Assembly: GCA_963747235.1 (NCBI GenBank)
Contig: CAVVEU010000015.1
Coordinates: 32,001-96,000, forward strand
Source of the DNA: an uncultured Candidatus Rokubacteria bacterium
Lineage (GTDB): Bacteria > Methylomirabilota > Methylomirabilia > Rokubacteriales > CSP1-6
Length of the DNA stretch: 64,000 nt
Direction: 5' to 3'
Made by a program: the position numbers and the translations under genes. Positions 10,201-20,468 of the stretch are shown here, piece after piece. The stretch's first letter is position 1. Every line of letters begins with the position of its first letter. The notes beneath the pieces are model-generated. The model worked only from the letters and a program-made list of their open reading frames with translations, had not been told where the DNA came from and did not search any database.

Positions 10201-12941
10201 GCCGCCAGGCCGGCAGCGGCGTCATCACCCGGAGCGCGGCCACCGCGCGCCTCATGCTGAGCGAGGCGTCCGCGGTGGCGGTCTTCCGCGAGTTCGCGAT
10301 TCTCGACGAGGGCGCGGCGGCCATCCGCTTCGCCCCCGCCATCTTCGAGCTGGACCGGCCGGCCCTGGCCGCGGTGCTCCGCGGTCTCTTCACCGCGGAT
10401 GCCACCGTGGCCAACTACGGCGAGCAGTCGCGCTACATCTCCTTGGACTCGACGTCGCTCGAGCTGCTGCGCCAGACCCAGCTCCTCCTGCTCGCCTTCG
10501 GCATCAAGGCGCGGCTGTATGAAGACACGCGGCTGGCCGAGGCGACGGCGGCGCGGCCCCACCCGACGCACTCGCTGCGCATCAGCCGCGCGTCCTGCCC
10601 GCTCTTCGAGCAGGCGATCGGCTTCCACGCGGAGAGCCCGAAGGCGCAGGCCCTGGCCCGCCTCAACGGGAACGAGCCGGTGACCGGCGAGGAGCTGACC
10701 GACGAGGTGCTCGCCATCGAGCCGGCGGGTGAGGCGGACGTGTTCGACCTCACCGAGGAAGTCACCCACCACTTCGTGGCGGGCGGGCTCGTCGTGCACA
10801 ACTGCTCGGAGTACCTCTTCCTCGACGACACCGCGTGCAACCTCGCGTCCATCAACCTGGTGAAGTTCCTGCGCGAGGACGGCAGCTTCGACGTGGACGG
10901 CTTCCGCCACGCCTGCCGCCTGTGGACCTCGGTGCTCGAGATCAGCGTGCTGATGGCGGCCTACCCGAGCCCGGCGATCGCCCAGCGGAGCTGGGACTTC
11001 CGCACCCTGGGCCTGGGCTACGCCAACATGGGCACCGTGCTCATGCGCCGGGGCATCCCCTACGACTCCCCGGAGGCCACCGCCATCTGCGGCGCGATGA
11101 CCGCGATCATGTGCGGCGAGGCCTACGCGACCTCGGCGGAGATGGCGCGGGACCTCGGGCCCTTCCCCGGCTACCAGAAGAACCACGAGCCCATGCTGCG
11201 CGTGATGCGCAACCACCGGCGGGCCGCCTACGGCGTGGCCGCGGTGGAGTACGAGGGCCTCAGCATCACGCCGGCCGGCATCGATCCCGCGCACTGCCCG
11301 GCCCCGCTGCTCCTGGCCGCGCGCGAGACCTGGGACCGGGCGGTCGGGCTCGGCGAGCAGTACGGCTACCGCAACGCCCAGGTCACGGTCCTGGCGCCGA
11401 CCGGCACCATCGGCCTCGTCATGGATTGCGACACCACCGGCATCGAGCCCGACTTCTCGCTCGTGAAGTTCAAGAAGCTCGCGGGCGGCGGCTACTTCAA
11501 GATCATCAACCAGAGCCTGACGCTGGCGCTGGAGACGCTCGGCTACACCCCGGGCGAGATCGACGACATCGTGGCCTACTGCGTCGGCCGCAAGACGCTG
11601 CGGGGCGCGCCGTTCATCAACCACGACACGCTCCGCGCCAAGGGCTTCGACGAGGCGGGGCTGCAGCGGCTGGAAGCCTCGATCGAGACCGCGTTCGACA
11701 TCACCTTCGCCTTCAACGCCTGGACCCTCGGCGAGGGCTACGTGGCCTCGCGGCTCGGCATCAACGAGGCGCAGCTCGCCGAGTGGAACGGCAACCTGCT
11801 CCGCGCGCTGGGCTTCACCCCCGCCGAGATCGAGGCGGCCAACGACTACTGCTGCGGCACCATGACCGTCGAGGGCGCGCCGCTGCTGAAGGCCGCCCAC
11901 CTGCCGGTCTTCGACTGCGCCAACCGCTGCGGCAAGAAGGGCACGCGCTTCATCGCCACCGAGGCGCACATCCGGATGATGGCGGCGGCCCAGCCGTTCA
12001 TCTCCGGCGCCATCAGCAAGACCATCAACATGCCCATGGACGCCACCATCGAGGACGTCAAGTGGGCCTACGACCTCGCCTGGCGCGGCATGCTCAAGGC
12101 GGTGGCCCTCTACCGCGACGGGTCCAAGCTCTCGCAGCCGCTCAACTCCACGACGGACGATGAGGAGGAGCAGGCGGCGGCCGCGGACGTGGAGGCGGTG
12201 GCCGAGAAGATGACCGAGCGGGTGGTCACCCAGTACCTCCGGGAGCGGCATCGCCTGCCCGACCGGCGCTCGGGCTACACCCAGAAGGCGGTGGTGGGCG
12301 GCCACAAGGTCTACCTCCGCACCGGCGAGTACCAGGACGGGACGGTCGGCGAGATCTTCCTCGACATGCACAAGGAAGGGGCGGCCTTCCGCTCCCTGAT
12401 GAACTGCTTCGCGATCGCCATCTCGCTCGGCCTGCAGCACGGCGTGCCGCTCGACGAGTTCGTGGACGCCTTCGTGTTCACCCGGTTCGAGCCAAACGGC
12501 ATGGTGAAGGGCAACGATCGCATCAAGATGTCCACCTCGGTCATCGACTACGTCTTCCGCGAGCTGGCCATCACCTACCTCGGGCGCACCGATCTCTCGC
12601 ACGTGCCCGAGGAGGACCTGCGCGCGGACGCTATCGGCAGCCGGCCGGGCGAGGGCCCGGTGGCCAGCGCCCCGTCCATCCCGCTGGCCACGGAGGTGAC
12701 GGCGCCGGAGCCGCCGCCCGCCCCGCGCCCGGCGCCCGCGCGGGTGACCGCGCGCGCCATCGCTCCCGTGAGTGGGGGCAGCGGCGCGCTGGCCGAGATG
12801 AAGCTGCTCACCGCGTCCGAGATGGCGCGGCTCAAGGGCTACGAAGGCGATCCGTGCGGCGACTGCGGCCAGTTCACCATGGTGCGCAACGGCACCTGCC
12901 TCAAGTGCATCACCTGCGGCACCACGACCGGCTGCTCGTAG
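7257..12941 (+). CDS. nrdJ: Class II adenosylcobalamin-dependent ribonucleotide reductase precursor containing two inteins (about 1168 aa after splicing)
   Basis: [70 protein letters not shown]-terminal TSCPD-like domain and CGDC...CITC; RBS AGGAGGAG. Confidence 0.96.
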   Translation: MRVARRFTREGQSPYAGIQFDQRVSEIKNPDGSTVFRQDGISVPAGWSAVATDILAQKYFRKSGVPQYAPDGKPLLDREGRPVLGGERDARQVFHRLAGCWMHWGEKYGYFDTPSDARAFYDELCYMLASQVAAPNSPQWFNTGLHYAYGLSGPAQGHHYVDPDTGILTRASSAYERPQPHACQPYHALVSTPEGPMPIGQIVTKNQVGLEVYDGRDEGIGTTRVVAVKENGERAVFRIELRNGVAVEATGDHLVYAIANGVGAWRRVDEVEPGAALRLSTRTDVRRDSYHTEVDEAALVGWLQADGFVGQDGLSTDHSLAVEFTTIDKDELDFIVERVHRVFDGVHYHVRSMETRTPGLDIHRIRLYGEPLRPFVDKYGLLRSSADHAVPAMILRAGRDAQAAYLRALFQAQGTVRLRSYWARQADIALTTISATLAHGVQALLLNMGIYAKLGRGAETRESRRTPYIISIVHAESRARFRDLIGFISDDKREQLDTACSDQFAGKKLPALRDETVVRVECVGVQPVFDIQTESGQYLSNNVIVHNCFIQSVSDDLVNDGGIMDLWTREARIFKYGSGSGTNFSNLRGANEPLSGGGKSSGLMSFLRIGDRAAGAIKSGGTTRRAAKMVILNLDHPDILTFIRWKVVEEQKVAALVSGSRMTKRRLQAVLSAVRTPTGVEADPRQNPALRSAVREARAALVPEGYIQRVLLLAAQGVREIHFPEYDTDWDSEAYYTVSGQNSNNSVRVPNAFFDVLARRGQWELKRRTDGKSAGAVPAEQLWDEIAHAAWACADPGVQYDTTINEWHTCPEDGRINASNPCVTGETLVATAEGWQRIDALVGKTARIIGSDGQPHLVTRIFPTGHKPVFDLRTRLGYRVRITGDHKVLTVGRGDVAVADLTAGNRLMLRGPGFGRRALATELALGVGVAVAEGYLTQSVVQGRAQESLVLTTDAGESPVLAAVAEAVHAGRAALQAVGGLGRQAGSGVITRSAATARLMLSEASAVAVFREFAILDEGAAAIRFAPAIFELDRPALAAVLRGLFTADATVANYGEQSRYISLDSTSLELLRQTQLLLLAFGIKARLYEDTRLAEATAARPHPTHSLRISRASCPLFEQAIGFHAESPKAQALARLNGNEPVTGEELTDEVLAIEPAGEADVFDLTEEVTHHFVAGGLVVHNCSEYLFLDDTACNLASINLVKFLREDGSFDVDGFRHACRLWTSVLEISVLMAAYPSPAIAQRSWDFRTLGLGYANMGTVLMRRGIPYDSPEATAICGAMTAIMCGEAYATSAEMARDLGPFPGYQKNHEPMLRVMRNHRRAAYGVAAVEYEGLSITPAGIDPAHCPAPLLLAARETWDRAVGLGEQYGYRNAQVTVLAPTGTIGLVMDCDTTGIEPDFSLVKFKKLAGGGYFKIINQSLTLALETLGYTPGEIDDIVAYCVGRKTLRGAPFINHDTLRAKGFDEAGLQRLEASIETAFDITFAFNAWTLGEGYVASRLGINEAQLAEWNGNLLRALGFTPAEIEAANDYCCGTMTVEGAPLLKAAHLPVFDCANRCGKKGTRFIATEAHIRMMAAAQPFISGAISKTINMPMDATIEDVKWAYDLAWRGMLKAVALYRDGSKLSQPLNSTTDDEEEQAAAADVEAVAEKMTERVVTQYLRERHRLPDRRSGYTQKAVVGGHKVYLRTGEYQDGTVGEIFLDMHKEGAAFRSLMNCFAIAISLGLQHGVPLDEFVDAFVFTRFEPNGMVKGNDRIKMSTSVIDYVFRELAITYLGRTDLSHVPEEDLRADAIGSRPGEGPVASAPSIPLATEVTAPEPPPAPRPAPARVTARAIAPVSGGSGALAEMKLLTASEMARLKGYEGDPCGDCGQFTMVRNGTCLKCITCGTTTGCS
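7803..8897 (+). mobile_element. Intein 1 (365 aa) with LAGLIDADG-type homing endonuclease domain
   Basis: Begins [13 protein letters not shown]; block B ATGDHLV; LVGWLQADG and [10 protein letters not shown]; ends [20 protein letters not shown] followed by Cys. Confidence 0.93.
9720..10802 (+). mobile_element. Intein 2 (361 aa) with LAGLIDADG-type homing endonuclease domain
   Basis: Begins [13 protein letters not shown]; block B ITGDHKV; GVAVAEG and [10 protein letters not shown]; ends [21 protein letters not shown] followed by Cys of the NPCxE motif. Confidence 0.93.
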
Positions 12942-12957
12942 GCCTGGCGGCCACCGC

Positions 12958-13045
12958 CCCCTCACCCCACCCTCTCCCCCTCACGGGGGAGAGGGTTCGT
13001 TCTCCTTCTCCCTCTCCCCTCTGGGGAGAGGGCCGGGGTGAGGGG
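12958..13045. repeat. REP-like paired palindromes (two CCCTCTCCCC..GGGGAGAGGG hairpins inside an outer inverted repeat)
   Basis: CCCCTCACCCC...CCCTCTCCCCCtcacGGGGGAGAGGG and CCCTCTCCCCtctGGGGAGAGGGccGGGGTGAGGGG, immediately after the nrdJ stop. Confidence 0.75.
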
Positions 13046-13067
13046 CTCCGAGATCAGGCGTTCCTCG

Positions 13068-14694
13068 CATGAGCCACCCGCTGGCCCGAAGCGCGCGCCC
13101 CGCGCGGCATGGTCGCCACGCCGCACCTCCTCGCCACCCAGTCCGGCCTGGCCGCACTGCGGGCGGGCGGCAACGCGCTCGACGCGGCCATCGCGGCGGC
13201 GGCCACCATCGCGGTGGTCTATCCCGCACATGAACGGCCTGGGCGGCGACAACGTGTGGCTCATCTACGACGCGCGCCAGCAGCGGCTGCGCGCCCTCTG
13301 CGCGGTGGGCCGCGCCGCGCGCGCGGCCAGCCATCGACTGGTACGCGGCGCGCGGCATCACGGGCGCCATCCCGTCGCGCGGCGGCCCCGCCGCGCTCAC
13401 CGTGCCCGCGGCGGTGGACGGCTGGTGGCAGGCGCACGAGTACAGCCGCGGGGCGATGGGCTCGCCGGTCGGCTGGAAGGCGCTGCTGGCCGACGCGATC
13501 CTGTACGCGCGCGAGGGCTTCCAGGCCTCCGACGGCCAGCGCATCCCGCCGCCCCGCGAGCCCGATCTGTTCACCGAGCGCGCGCCCGAGGAGATTCGCC
13601 GCGCGCTCTGGCCGCTCTACCACCCGGACGCCCTGCGCCGCGGGCCGCTCGTGCAGCGCGACCTGGCCCGCACGCTGGAGGCGGTGCGCGACGGCGGGGC
13701 CGAGAGCTTCTACCATGGAGACGTCGCCCGGCGTCTCGTGGCGGCGGCCGCCGCGGCGGGTAGCCCGCTCGCGGTCGAGGATCTGGCCGAGCATCGCTCG
13801 GACTGGATGGAGCCGCTGCGCATCGCGTACGCGGAAGGCCAGGTCGCGAGCTTCCCGCCGCCGACCCAGGGCATCTCGGCGCTCGCGATGCTGGGCATGA
13901 CCGAGCGCTTCGACATGAGCGCCCTGCCCGAGGCCGACTACATCCACGTGCTCGTGGAGGCCACCAAGCTCGCCTTCGACGATCGCGACCGGTACCTCAC
14001 CGATCCGGCCCACATGCGCGTGAGCCCCGTCGAGCTGCTGGCGCCGGAGCGCCTCCAGGCCCGCGCCAAGCTGATCTCGCGCGAGCGCGCGCGCCCGCCC
14101 CAGCCCGCCGCGCCCACGGGCGGCGACACCATCGCGCTCGTCACCGCCGACCGGGAAGGCAACGCGGTCTCGCTGATCCAGTCGCTCTACTTCACCTTCG
14201 GCGCGGCGGTGCTCGCCGGCGACACCGGGGTGGTGCTGCAGAACCGCGGCTCGTTCTTCTCCCTCGATCCCGGCCACGTCAACGCGCTCGCCCCGGGCAA
14301 GCGGACGATGCACACGCTGATCCCGTCCATGTATCTCGAGGGCGGGCGGCCCCGCTTCGTCTACGGGACCATGGGCGGCGAGGGCCAGCCGCAGACCCAG
14401 GCCGCCATCCTCACCCGCTGCCTGTTCCGGCGGTTCGGCTTGCAGGCCGCGATCGAGGCTCCGCGCTGGCTCTACGGGCGCACGTGGGGAACCGCGTCAC
14501 GGGCGCTCAGCCTGGAGGGACGCTACTCGCAGGAGCTCGCGGCGGAGCTGGCCGGCCGCGGGCACGAGGTCGCGATCGGCGGGGAGTGGGACGATCTCTT
14601 CGGGCACGCGCACGGCATCTGGGTGGCCCCGGAGGACGGCGGCCTGGTCGGCGGGTCGGACCCGCGGGCGGACGGCGGCGCGCTGGGGTTCTAG
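13068..14694 (+). CDS. ggt: Gamma-glutamyltransferase family protein; several N-terminal frameshifts
   Basis: GMVATPHLLATQSGLAALRAGGNALDAAIAAAA, HMNGLGGD, TVPAAVDGW, PPPTQG, GDT nucleophile, GVVLQNRG, GTMGGEGQPQ, SDPRADG. Confidence 0.88.
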
Positions 14695-16304
14695 GCGTTA
14701 CCGCCGGCCAGGGCCTTGTAGAGCTCGAGGCCGACCTGCGAGAGATCCGAGCGGGTCTCGATCGGCAGCCCCGCGTTGGTCCAGGCGCCGATGCCGCCCT
14801 TCAGGATCCGCACGTCCTTGAAGCCCATCTTGCGCAGGTCGCGGGCGACCCGGGCGCTGGTGTCCTCGTCCGGGCAGGAGCAGTAGGCGATCACCGGGCG
14901 GGCCGGATCGAGGTCGAGGCCCGCCATGCTGTTGGCCAGATCCTCCGGCACCACCCGCACCGAGCCGGGGATCTTCAGCGGGAGCTGCTCGTAGGCGTCG
15001 GACTTGCGCGCGTCGAGGATGGTCGGCGACTTGCCGGCCTCGATCATCCGCACCACCTCGAAGGGGTGGACGCGGTAGCGGTTCTTGTTCCAGCGATGCA
15101 GCCACTGCCCGCCGAAGCCGCCCGCGCTCACCAGGGTCACGCCGACCGCCACCCAGAACCACGGGAAGGGCTTGGGCGGCGGGTTCTTCAGGTACTCCCG
15201 CGTCTCGGCCAGCTTGCGCCGGACGTCGGGCAGGTTCGGGTGGAGCTTGTCGGCTTCCTCGAAGCGACGCAGGGCGCCGCCGTAGTCCTCCCCGTAGAAG
15301 GCGGTCAGGCCCGCATACCAGACGTCGTTGAACTTGCTGGGCCCGTTGACCTTCACCGGTGTGCCGCGCACGAAGTCGGCCACCGCCGCCGACGGGATCA
15401 CGAAGTTGAAGCCCTGGACGATGGCCCCCTCCGCGCCCGGCGCCAGCGACACGAAGGTGAGCACCCCCACCACCCGGCCCCGGTCGTCCACCGTGGGACC
15501 GCCCGAGTTCCCCCACGCGGCCGAGGCATCGGTCTGGATGAGGGGATTGTTGCTCGCGTCCGCCTGGATCGCGGAGACGGCGCCGTTGGTCACGACGGAG
15601 TCCACCATGGTGGACTTGCTGAGCAGCTCGTGGGTGAGCACCACGCCCGGGAAGCCCAGGATGTGCACCGGGTCGCCGATCTGGACCCCGCGGGAATCGG
15701 CCAGGGGCAGCACCGGGAAGGAGTCCCCGTCGACCTTCAGGAGGGCGAGGTCCTTGGCCGACATCTCGCTGACCGGCGGGCTGTACTTCTTGACCTCGGC
15801 CTTCAGCCGACCCTTGGCGGTGACCACGAAGATCTGGGGCTGGAGGTTGACCTTGGTGGTGGGCAGCACGGTGTCGAGCAGCTTGCGCTTCGCCGCCTCC
15901 TCGCGGTCCGACGCATCCCCCGGCTGCAGCCCCATCTTCTTGAGCATCTGGGGGAGGCAGGCCGTCGTCACCGCCCGCTGGGCCTGCTGGTTCGCCAGCC
16001 AGCGGGGCGGCTCGTGGGCCGGCTGTACCACGTGGCCGTTGGTGATCAGCCAGCCGTCGGCGTCCAGGAACCAGCCGGTTCCGGTCTCCCGGTAGACGGG
16101 CGGGGTGATCTTCTGGGGACCGGAGCCGTATCCGCAGTCCAGCGTGACCTCGGAGGCCACCTCGGCCACCACCAGCACCACCGCCGGCTTGGCGCGCTGC
16201 AGGGCCTCCTGGACCGTGATGGGCTTCTGGGCGGAGGCGGCGGCGGGGAACGAGGCGGCGGCCATGACGACGGCCGCCCCGAACAGCGCTGAACGCAGTA
16301 TCAT
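14691..16304 (-). CDS. Signal peptide + trypsin-like serine protease + TPR-like helix + TM + rhodanese domain
   Basis: GTGWF, ITNGHVV (His), DLALLKV (Asp), IQTDASAAWGNSGGP (Ser); TM FWVAVGVTLVSAGG; rhodanese ILDARK..KIPGSV, YCSCPDEDTSARVA, ILKGGIGAWTNAGLP. Confidence 0.85.
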   Translation of the reverse strand: MILRSALFGAAVVMAAASFPAAASAQKPITVQEALQRAKPAVVLVVAEVASEVTLDCGYGSGPQKITPPVYRETGTGWFLDADGWLITNGHVVQPAHEPPRWLANQQAQRAVTTACLPQMLKKMGLQPGDASDREEAAKRKLLDTVLPTTKVNLQPQIFVVTAKGRLKAEVKKYSPPVSEMSAKDLALLKVDGDSFPVLPLADSRGVQIGDPVHILGFPGVVLTHELLSKSTMVDSVVTNGAVSAIQADASNNPLIQTDASAAWGNSGGPTVDDRGRVVGVLTFVSLAPGAEGAIVQGFNFVIPSAAVADFVRGTPVKVNGPSKFNDVWYAGLTAFYGEDYGGALRRFEEADKLHPNLPDVRRKLAETREYLKNPPPKPFPWFWVAVGVTLVSAGGFGGQWLHRWNKNRYRVHPFEVVRMIEAGKSPTILDARKSDAYEQLPLKIPGSVRVVPEDLANSMAGLDLDPARPVIAYCSCPDEDTSARVARDLRKMGFKDVRILKGGIGAWTNAGLPIETRSDLSQVGLELYKALAGGNA

Positions 16305-16343
16305 AGGCCCACTGCGGGCCATTCTAACACCGAGTCAGGAGCC

Positions 16344-16749
16344 ATGAGCCGGCCAATCGGGGAAGTCCCAACCAGAACGTTCCAGCCCGGCGACGTCATC
16401 TTTCGCGAGGGGGACGACGCCAAGAGCGAGGCGTTCATGGTGCACGGGGGCCGCGTGGACATCCGCAAGCATATCGGCGGCGAGGAGCGCCTGCTGAGAA
16501 CGCTCGCCAAGGGTGAGCTGCTCGGACAGATCGCGCTCTTCCGGAATGCCCCGCGCTCGGCCACCGCGATCGCCGCCGACGCGGTCACGCTCATGGTCAT
16601 TCCCGCCAACCGCCTCGATCACCTCGTGCGGGCGAATCCGGCACTCGCCATCGCGATAATCCGCGACCTGGCCGCCAACCTGGTCGCCGCGGAAGACCGG
16701 CTGCGCGAGTTCGAGGACGAAGCAGAGGAAGAAGCAGGAGGAGAAGTAG
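16344..16749 (+). CDS. Stand-alone cyclic-nucleotide-binding (CNB) domain protein; likely frameshift near 16715
   Basis: [33 protein letters not shown]; no HTH follows; a shifted frame gives a stop at 16749 and avoids a long overlap with lhgO. Confidence 0.78.
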
Positions 16750-16753
16750 CCGC

Positions 16754-17976
16754 TCAGGCGGCGGCGACGAGACCGAAGGCCTCGGCCGCGACGCCCGCGA
16801 CGTGGCGCCCGATGGCCAGCGACGCGGTGGCGCCCGGAGAGGGCGCGTTCACCACGTGCACGGCGCCCGCCGTCACGCTGATCTTGAAGTCGTCGATCAG
16901 CGAGCCGTCCGGGGCCACCGCCTGCGCGCGCACCCCCGCCCCGCCCCGCTCGAGATCGGACGCCGCAATGTCGGGCACCAGCTTCTGCAGCGACCGCACG
17001 AAGGCCGCCTTGCTCGCCGAGCGGTACATCTCGAAGGCGCCGACGCGCCAGTACTTGCGCGCCATGTGCCAGAAGCCCGCGTAGCCGAGCGTGCCCAGGA
17101 GCTCGCCGGGCCGCACCGTGCCGAGCGTGTAGCCCTCGCGCGCGAAGGCCAGCACCGCGTTCGGCCCCGCCTCCACGTCGCCGTGGATGGTGCGGGTGAA
17201 GTGGACGCCCAGGAACGGGAACTCGGGATCCGGCACCGGGTAGATGAGCCCGCGCACGATCGAGCGGCGCTCCGGGCGCAGCATGTAGTACTCGCCGCGG
17301 AACGGGATGATCCGCACCTCCGGGGTCACGCCCATCAGGGCGGCCACCCGGTCCGAGTGCAGCCCGGCGCAGTTGACGAGGTGCTTCGCCTCCACCGCGC
17401 CCTGCGCGGTCTCGAGCACGAGCGCGCTCCCCTGCCGCCGGATCGCGGTCACGCCGGCGCCGGTGAGGATGCGGACGCCGCGCTGCTGGAGGAGCTCGGC
17501 CATCTTGGCCACCACCTGGATGTAGTCCACGATCCCGGTCTCGGGCACGTGGATCGCGCGCACCGCGCGGCAGTTCGGCTCGTAGGCGCGCACTTCCTCC
17601 GCCGCGAGCATCTTGAGGCCGGTGAGCCCGTTGGCCTGGCCGCGCTCGTAGATGGTCTGCAAGCCGCGGCAGCTCGTTCGCGTCGGTGGCCACGATGATC
17701 TTGCCGCAGCCCTCCCACTTGATGCCGTGGGTGTCGCAGAACTCCTTCATGCGGCGCGCCCCGTCCACGCAGAGCTTCGCCTTGAGCGAGCCGGGCTTGT
17801 AGTAGACGCCGGAGTGGATGACGCCGCTGTTGTGGCCGGTCTGGTGCGAGCCGAGCTGCGGCTCCTTGTCGAGCAGGATGACCCGCAGGCGCGGGTAGCG
17901 CCTCCGTGAGGGCCAGGGCGGTGCCCAGGCCCACGATGCCGCCGCCGATGATCGCCAGGTCCGTGGTCTGCGTCAC
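16754..17976 (-). CDS. lhgO: L-2-hydroxyglutarate oxidase; frameshifts near 17660 and 17895
   Basis: [92 protein letters not shown]. Confidence 0.9.
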
Positions 17977-18005
17977 GGCCGCCAGGATACCATCACCGTC
18001 CGGGG

Positions 18006-18767
18006 TTACTCCAGCGTCAGGGTGATCGGGCAGTGGTCCGAGCCCACCACGTGGGGCAGGATCGTGGCCGCGCGCACGCGGGCGCGCAGCTCGTCCGAGA
18101 CGAAGAAGTAGTCGATGCGCCAGCCGATGTTGCGCGCCCGCGCGCCCGTCTTGAGGTCCCACCACGTGTAGTGGCCGGGCTCGGGGGTGAAGAGCCGGAA
18201 CGTGTCGTGATAGCCGGCCGCGATGAAGCGCGCCACCCACTCGCGCTCGGCGGGCAGGAAGCCCGACGTCCGCTCGTGCTCCTTCGGGCGGGCCAGGTCC
18301 AGCTCGGTGTGCGCGGTGTTGACGTCGCCGCACACCACGACGCCCTTGCCCCGCTTGCGCAGCGACTCGGTGAGCGTGAGGAAGGCCTCGTAGAAGGCGA
18401 GCTTGTGCTGCACCCGCTCGGGCCCCATCCCCCCGTTGGGGAAGTACACGTTGAAGAGATGGAAGTCGGGCAGCTCGGTGTGCACCAGCCGCCCCTCGCA
18501 GTCGAGCACCGGCGAGTCGCAGAGCGTGCTGGCCGCGAGCGGCTCGGGCTTGAGATAGGTCGCCACGCCGCTATAGCCCTTGCGCTCCGCGAAGCTCCAG
18601 TAGCTCCGGTAGCCGAGCGGCGCCCGCATCTCGTCGGTGACCTGCTCGGCCTGCAGCTTGGTCTCCTGCAGGCAGACCACGTCGGCCGCCTCCGCGCCGA
18701 GGATGTCGAGCAGGCCCTTCTTCCAGATGGAGCGGAGCCCGTTGATGTTCCAGGACAGGAGCTTCAA
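18006..18767 (-). CDS. xth: Exodeoxyribonuclease III / AP endonuclease
   Basis: LSWNINGLR, CLQETK, KGYSGVA, NVYFPNG, CGDVNTAH, YTWW, GWRIDYF, SDHCP; TTG start overlapping the upstream TGA. Confidence 0.92.
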   Translation of the reverse strand: MKLLSWNINGLRSIWKKGLLDILGAEAADVVCLQETKLQAEQVTDEMRAPLGYRSYWSFAERKGYSGVATYLKPEPLAASTLCDSPVLDCEGRLVHTELPDFHLFNVYFPNGGMGPERVQHKLAFYEAFLTLTESLRKRGKGVVVCGDVNTAHTELDLARPKEHERTSGFLPAEREWVARFIAAGYHDTFRLFTPEPGHYTWWDLKTGARARNIGWRIDYFFVSDELRARVRAATILPHVVGSDHCPITLTLE

Positions 18768-19529
18768 GGCGAGCGGTAGATCCTCCGCGCGATCCTCGGG
18801 GACGTAGCCCAGCACCGCGCGCGCGTGCTCGATGTCGCGGTAGCCCCACTTGTTGTCCGAGGTGATGAAGAACACGTCGAAGCGCAGGCTGTCCGGCGCG
18901 GCCAGCGCGCGCTCGATCGCCTGGGCGATGTCGCGCCGGCTGCACCAGACCGAGAACTCGCGCGGCTTCACCGGCCGGTCCCCTTCGCTCACGTGGCCGA
19001 TGCGCAGGCAGATCATGGACATGGCCGTGGTGTCCGCGAAGTGCCGGGCGAGCGCCTCGCCCCAGACCTTGCTGCAGCCGTAGAGGCCGTTCGGGCGCAT
19101 CGGCGACTCGTGGGTGAGCATGGGCCAGTCGGCGACGTCATCGTAGCGGCCGGCGGCCAGCGCCGCGTAGGGCGCGTCCGTCTCGATGCGGCTCACGGTG
19201 GCGCCGCTGCTCGCGTAGATCACCCGCTTCACGGAGGCCCGGCGCGCGGCCTCGAAGACATTGTAGGTGCCGACCACGTTGTCGCGCAGCACCGCGGCCC
19301 ACCCCGGCGTGCCCTCGACGTTGGCCACGTTGGCGGCCAGGTGCACGACCGCGTCCACGTCGCGGAAGGCGGGCGCGATGGCGTCCAGGTCGCCGATGTC
19401 GGCCTGGTGCGTCTCCACGCCCGCGACCGGGCGGCGGTTGAGCGCCCGCAGGGCCCAGCGCCCCTCGAGGCGGGCGCGCACCGCGGTGCCGATGAGGCCG
19501 CTCATGCCCGTGACCAGGACCCGGCGCAT
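18764..19529 (-). CDS. NAD-dependent epimerase/dehydratase (uronate dehydrogenase-like)
   Basis: VLVTGMSGLIG, VHLAA, YASS, YGCSKVWGE, CLRIG, SDNKWGYRDIEHA. Confidence 0.82.
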
Positions 19530-19576
19530 GGCGAGCACCATATCATGTCGCAGGGCGCAGGGAGCCGGGCGCGCGC

Positions 19577-19605
19577 TTGACCGCGCGACGGGCCGCGGCT
19601 ACAGT
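19577..19605 (+). promoter_or_regulatory. Sigma70 promoter of SDR gene
   Basis: TTGACC-17 bp-TACAGT, followed by RBS GGGAGG. Confidence 0.6.
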
Positions 19606-19626
19606 CCCGACCGGGAGGACACCGCC

Positions 19627-20400
19627 ATGCTCGATCTGGGTCTCGCCGGGAAGGTCGCCATCGTCACCGGAGGCAGCGAGGGGCTCGGCCGCGCCACCGC
19701 CATGCGCCTGGCCGCGGAGGGCGCGCACGTCGTGATCTGCGCGCGCCGCAAGGACGTGCTGGAGCGCGCCGCCGAGGACGTCCGCCGCCAGACCGGCGTG
19801 CAGGTCCTGGCCCTGCCCGCCGACGTCACCCGCCCCGCCGACGTGGACGCGGTGGTGAGCGCGGCGCTCGGCACCTACGGGGGCGTGGACATCCTGGTCA
19901 ACAACGCGGGCACCTCCTCCGCGGCCAGCTTCGAGAAGGTGGACGATGCCACGTGGGAGGCCGACATCCAGGTCAAGCTCATGGCCGCGATCCGCTTCTG
20001 CCGGCTCGTGATCCCGCAGATGAAGACACGCGGGGGCGGCCGCATCATCAACGTGACCACCGTGGGCGGCAAGGCCCCCGCGGCCCGCGCGTTGCCCACC
20101 AGCGTGACGCGCGCCGCCGGCATCAACCTCACGAAGTCGCTGGCCAACGAGTACGCGCCGGATCGCATCCTGGTGAACACGATCTGCCTGGGCCTCGTGA
20201 AGAGCGCGCAGTGGGAGCGCCGCGCCAAGGGCGGCGATCTGGAAGGCTACTACCGCGAAGCCGCCAAGCGCGTCCCGGTCGGCCGCATGGGCGAAGCCGA
20301 AGAGTTCGCCGACCTCGTCGCCTTCTTCGTCTCAGCCCGCGCCGCCTACATCACCGGCACCGCAATCAACTTCGACGGCGGCATGTCCGCCGCGTTTTAA
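19627..20400 (+). CDS. Short-chain dehydrogenase/reductase
   Basis: TGGSEGLG, DILVNNAG, ITGTAINFDGG; YxxxK replaced by TSVTR (atypical SDR subgroup). Confidence 0.88.
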   Translation: MLDLGLAGKVAIVTGGSEGLGRATAMRLAAEGAHVVICARRKDVLERAAEDVRRQTGVQVLALPADVTRPADVDAVVSAALGTYGGVDILVNNAGTSSAASFEKVDDATWEADIQVKLMAAIRFCRLVIPQMKTRGGGRIINVTTVGGKAPAARALPTSVTRAAGINLTKSLANEYAPDRILVNTICLGLVKSAQWERRAKGGDLEGYYREAAKRVPVGRMGEAEEFADLVAFFVSARAAYITGTAINFDGGMSAAF

Positions 20401-20468
20401 CCCGCGTCTCGTTTCAACCCGCTTCTAGGCGTTCGAGAAGGGAGATGGCCCCTTATCGGACGCCTGCC

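Noticed and set aside
6885-12965. 2026-aa antisense ORF opposite nrdJ, and other long shadow ORFs (546-3083, 28702-31758, 50520-52859)
   Set aside because: Typical stop-poor antisense frames of high-GC genes; no recognisable motifs
16344-17084. 246-aa CNB ORF overlapping lhgO by about 330 bp
   Set aside because: Extension is antisense read-through; a shifted frame stops at 16749
18006-19541. Apparent epimerase-exonuclease III fusion (511-aa ORF)
   Set aside because: Removing one base near 18780 gives ...YRSP-TGA overlapping the TTG start of xth; best explained as an indel artefact
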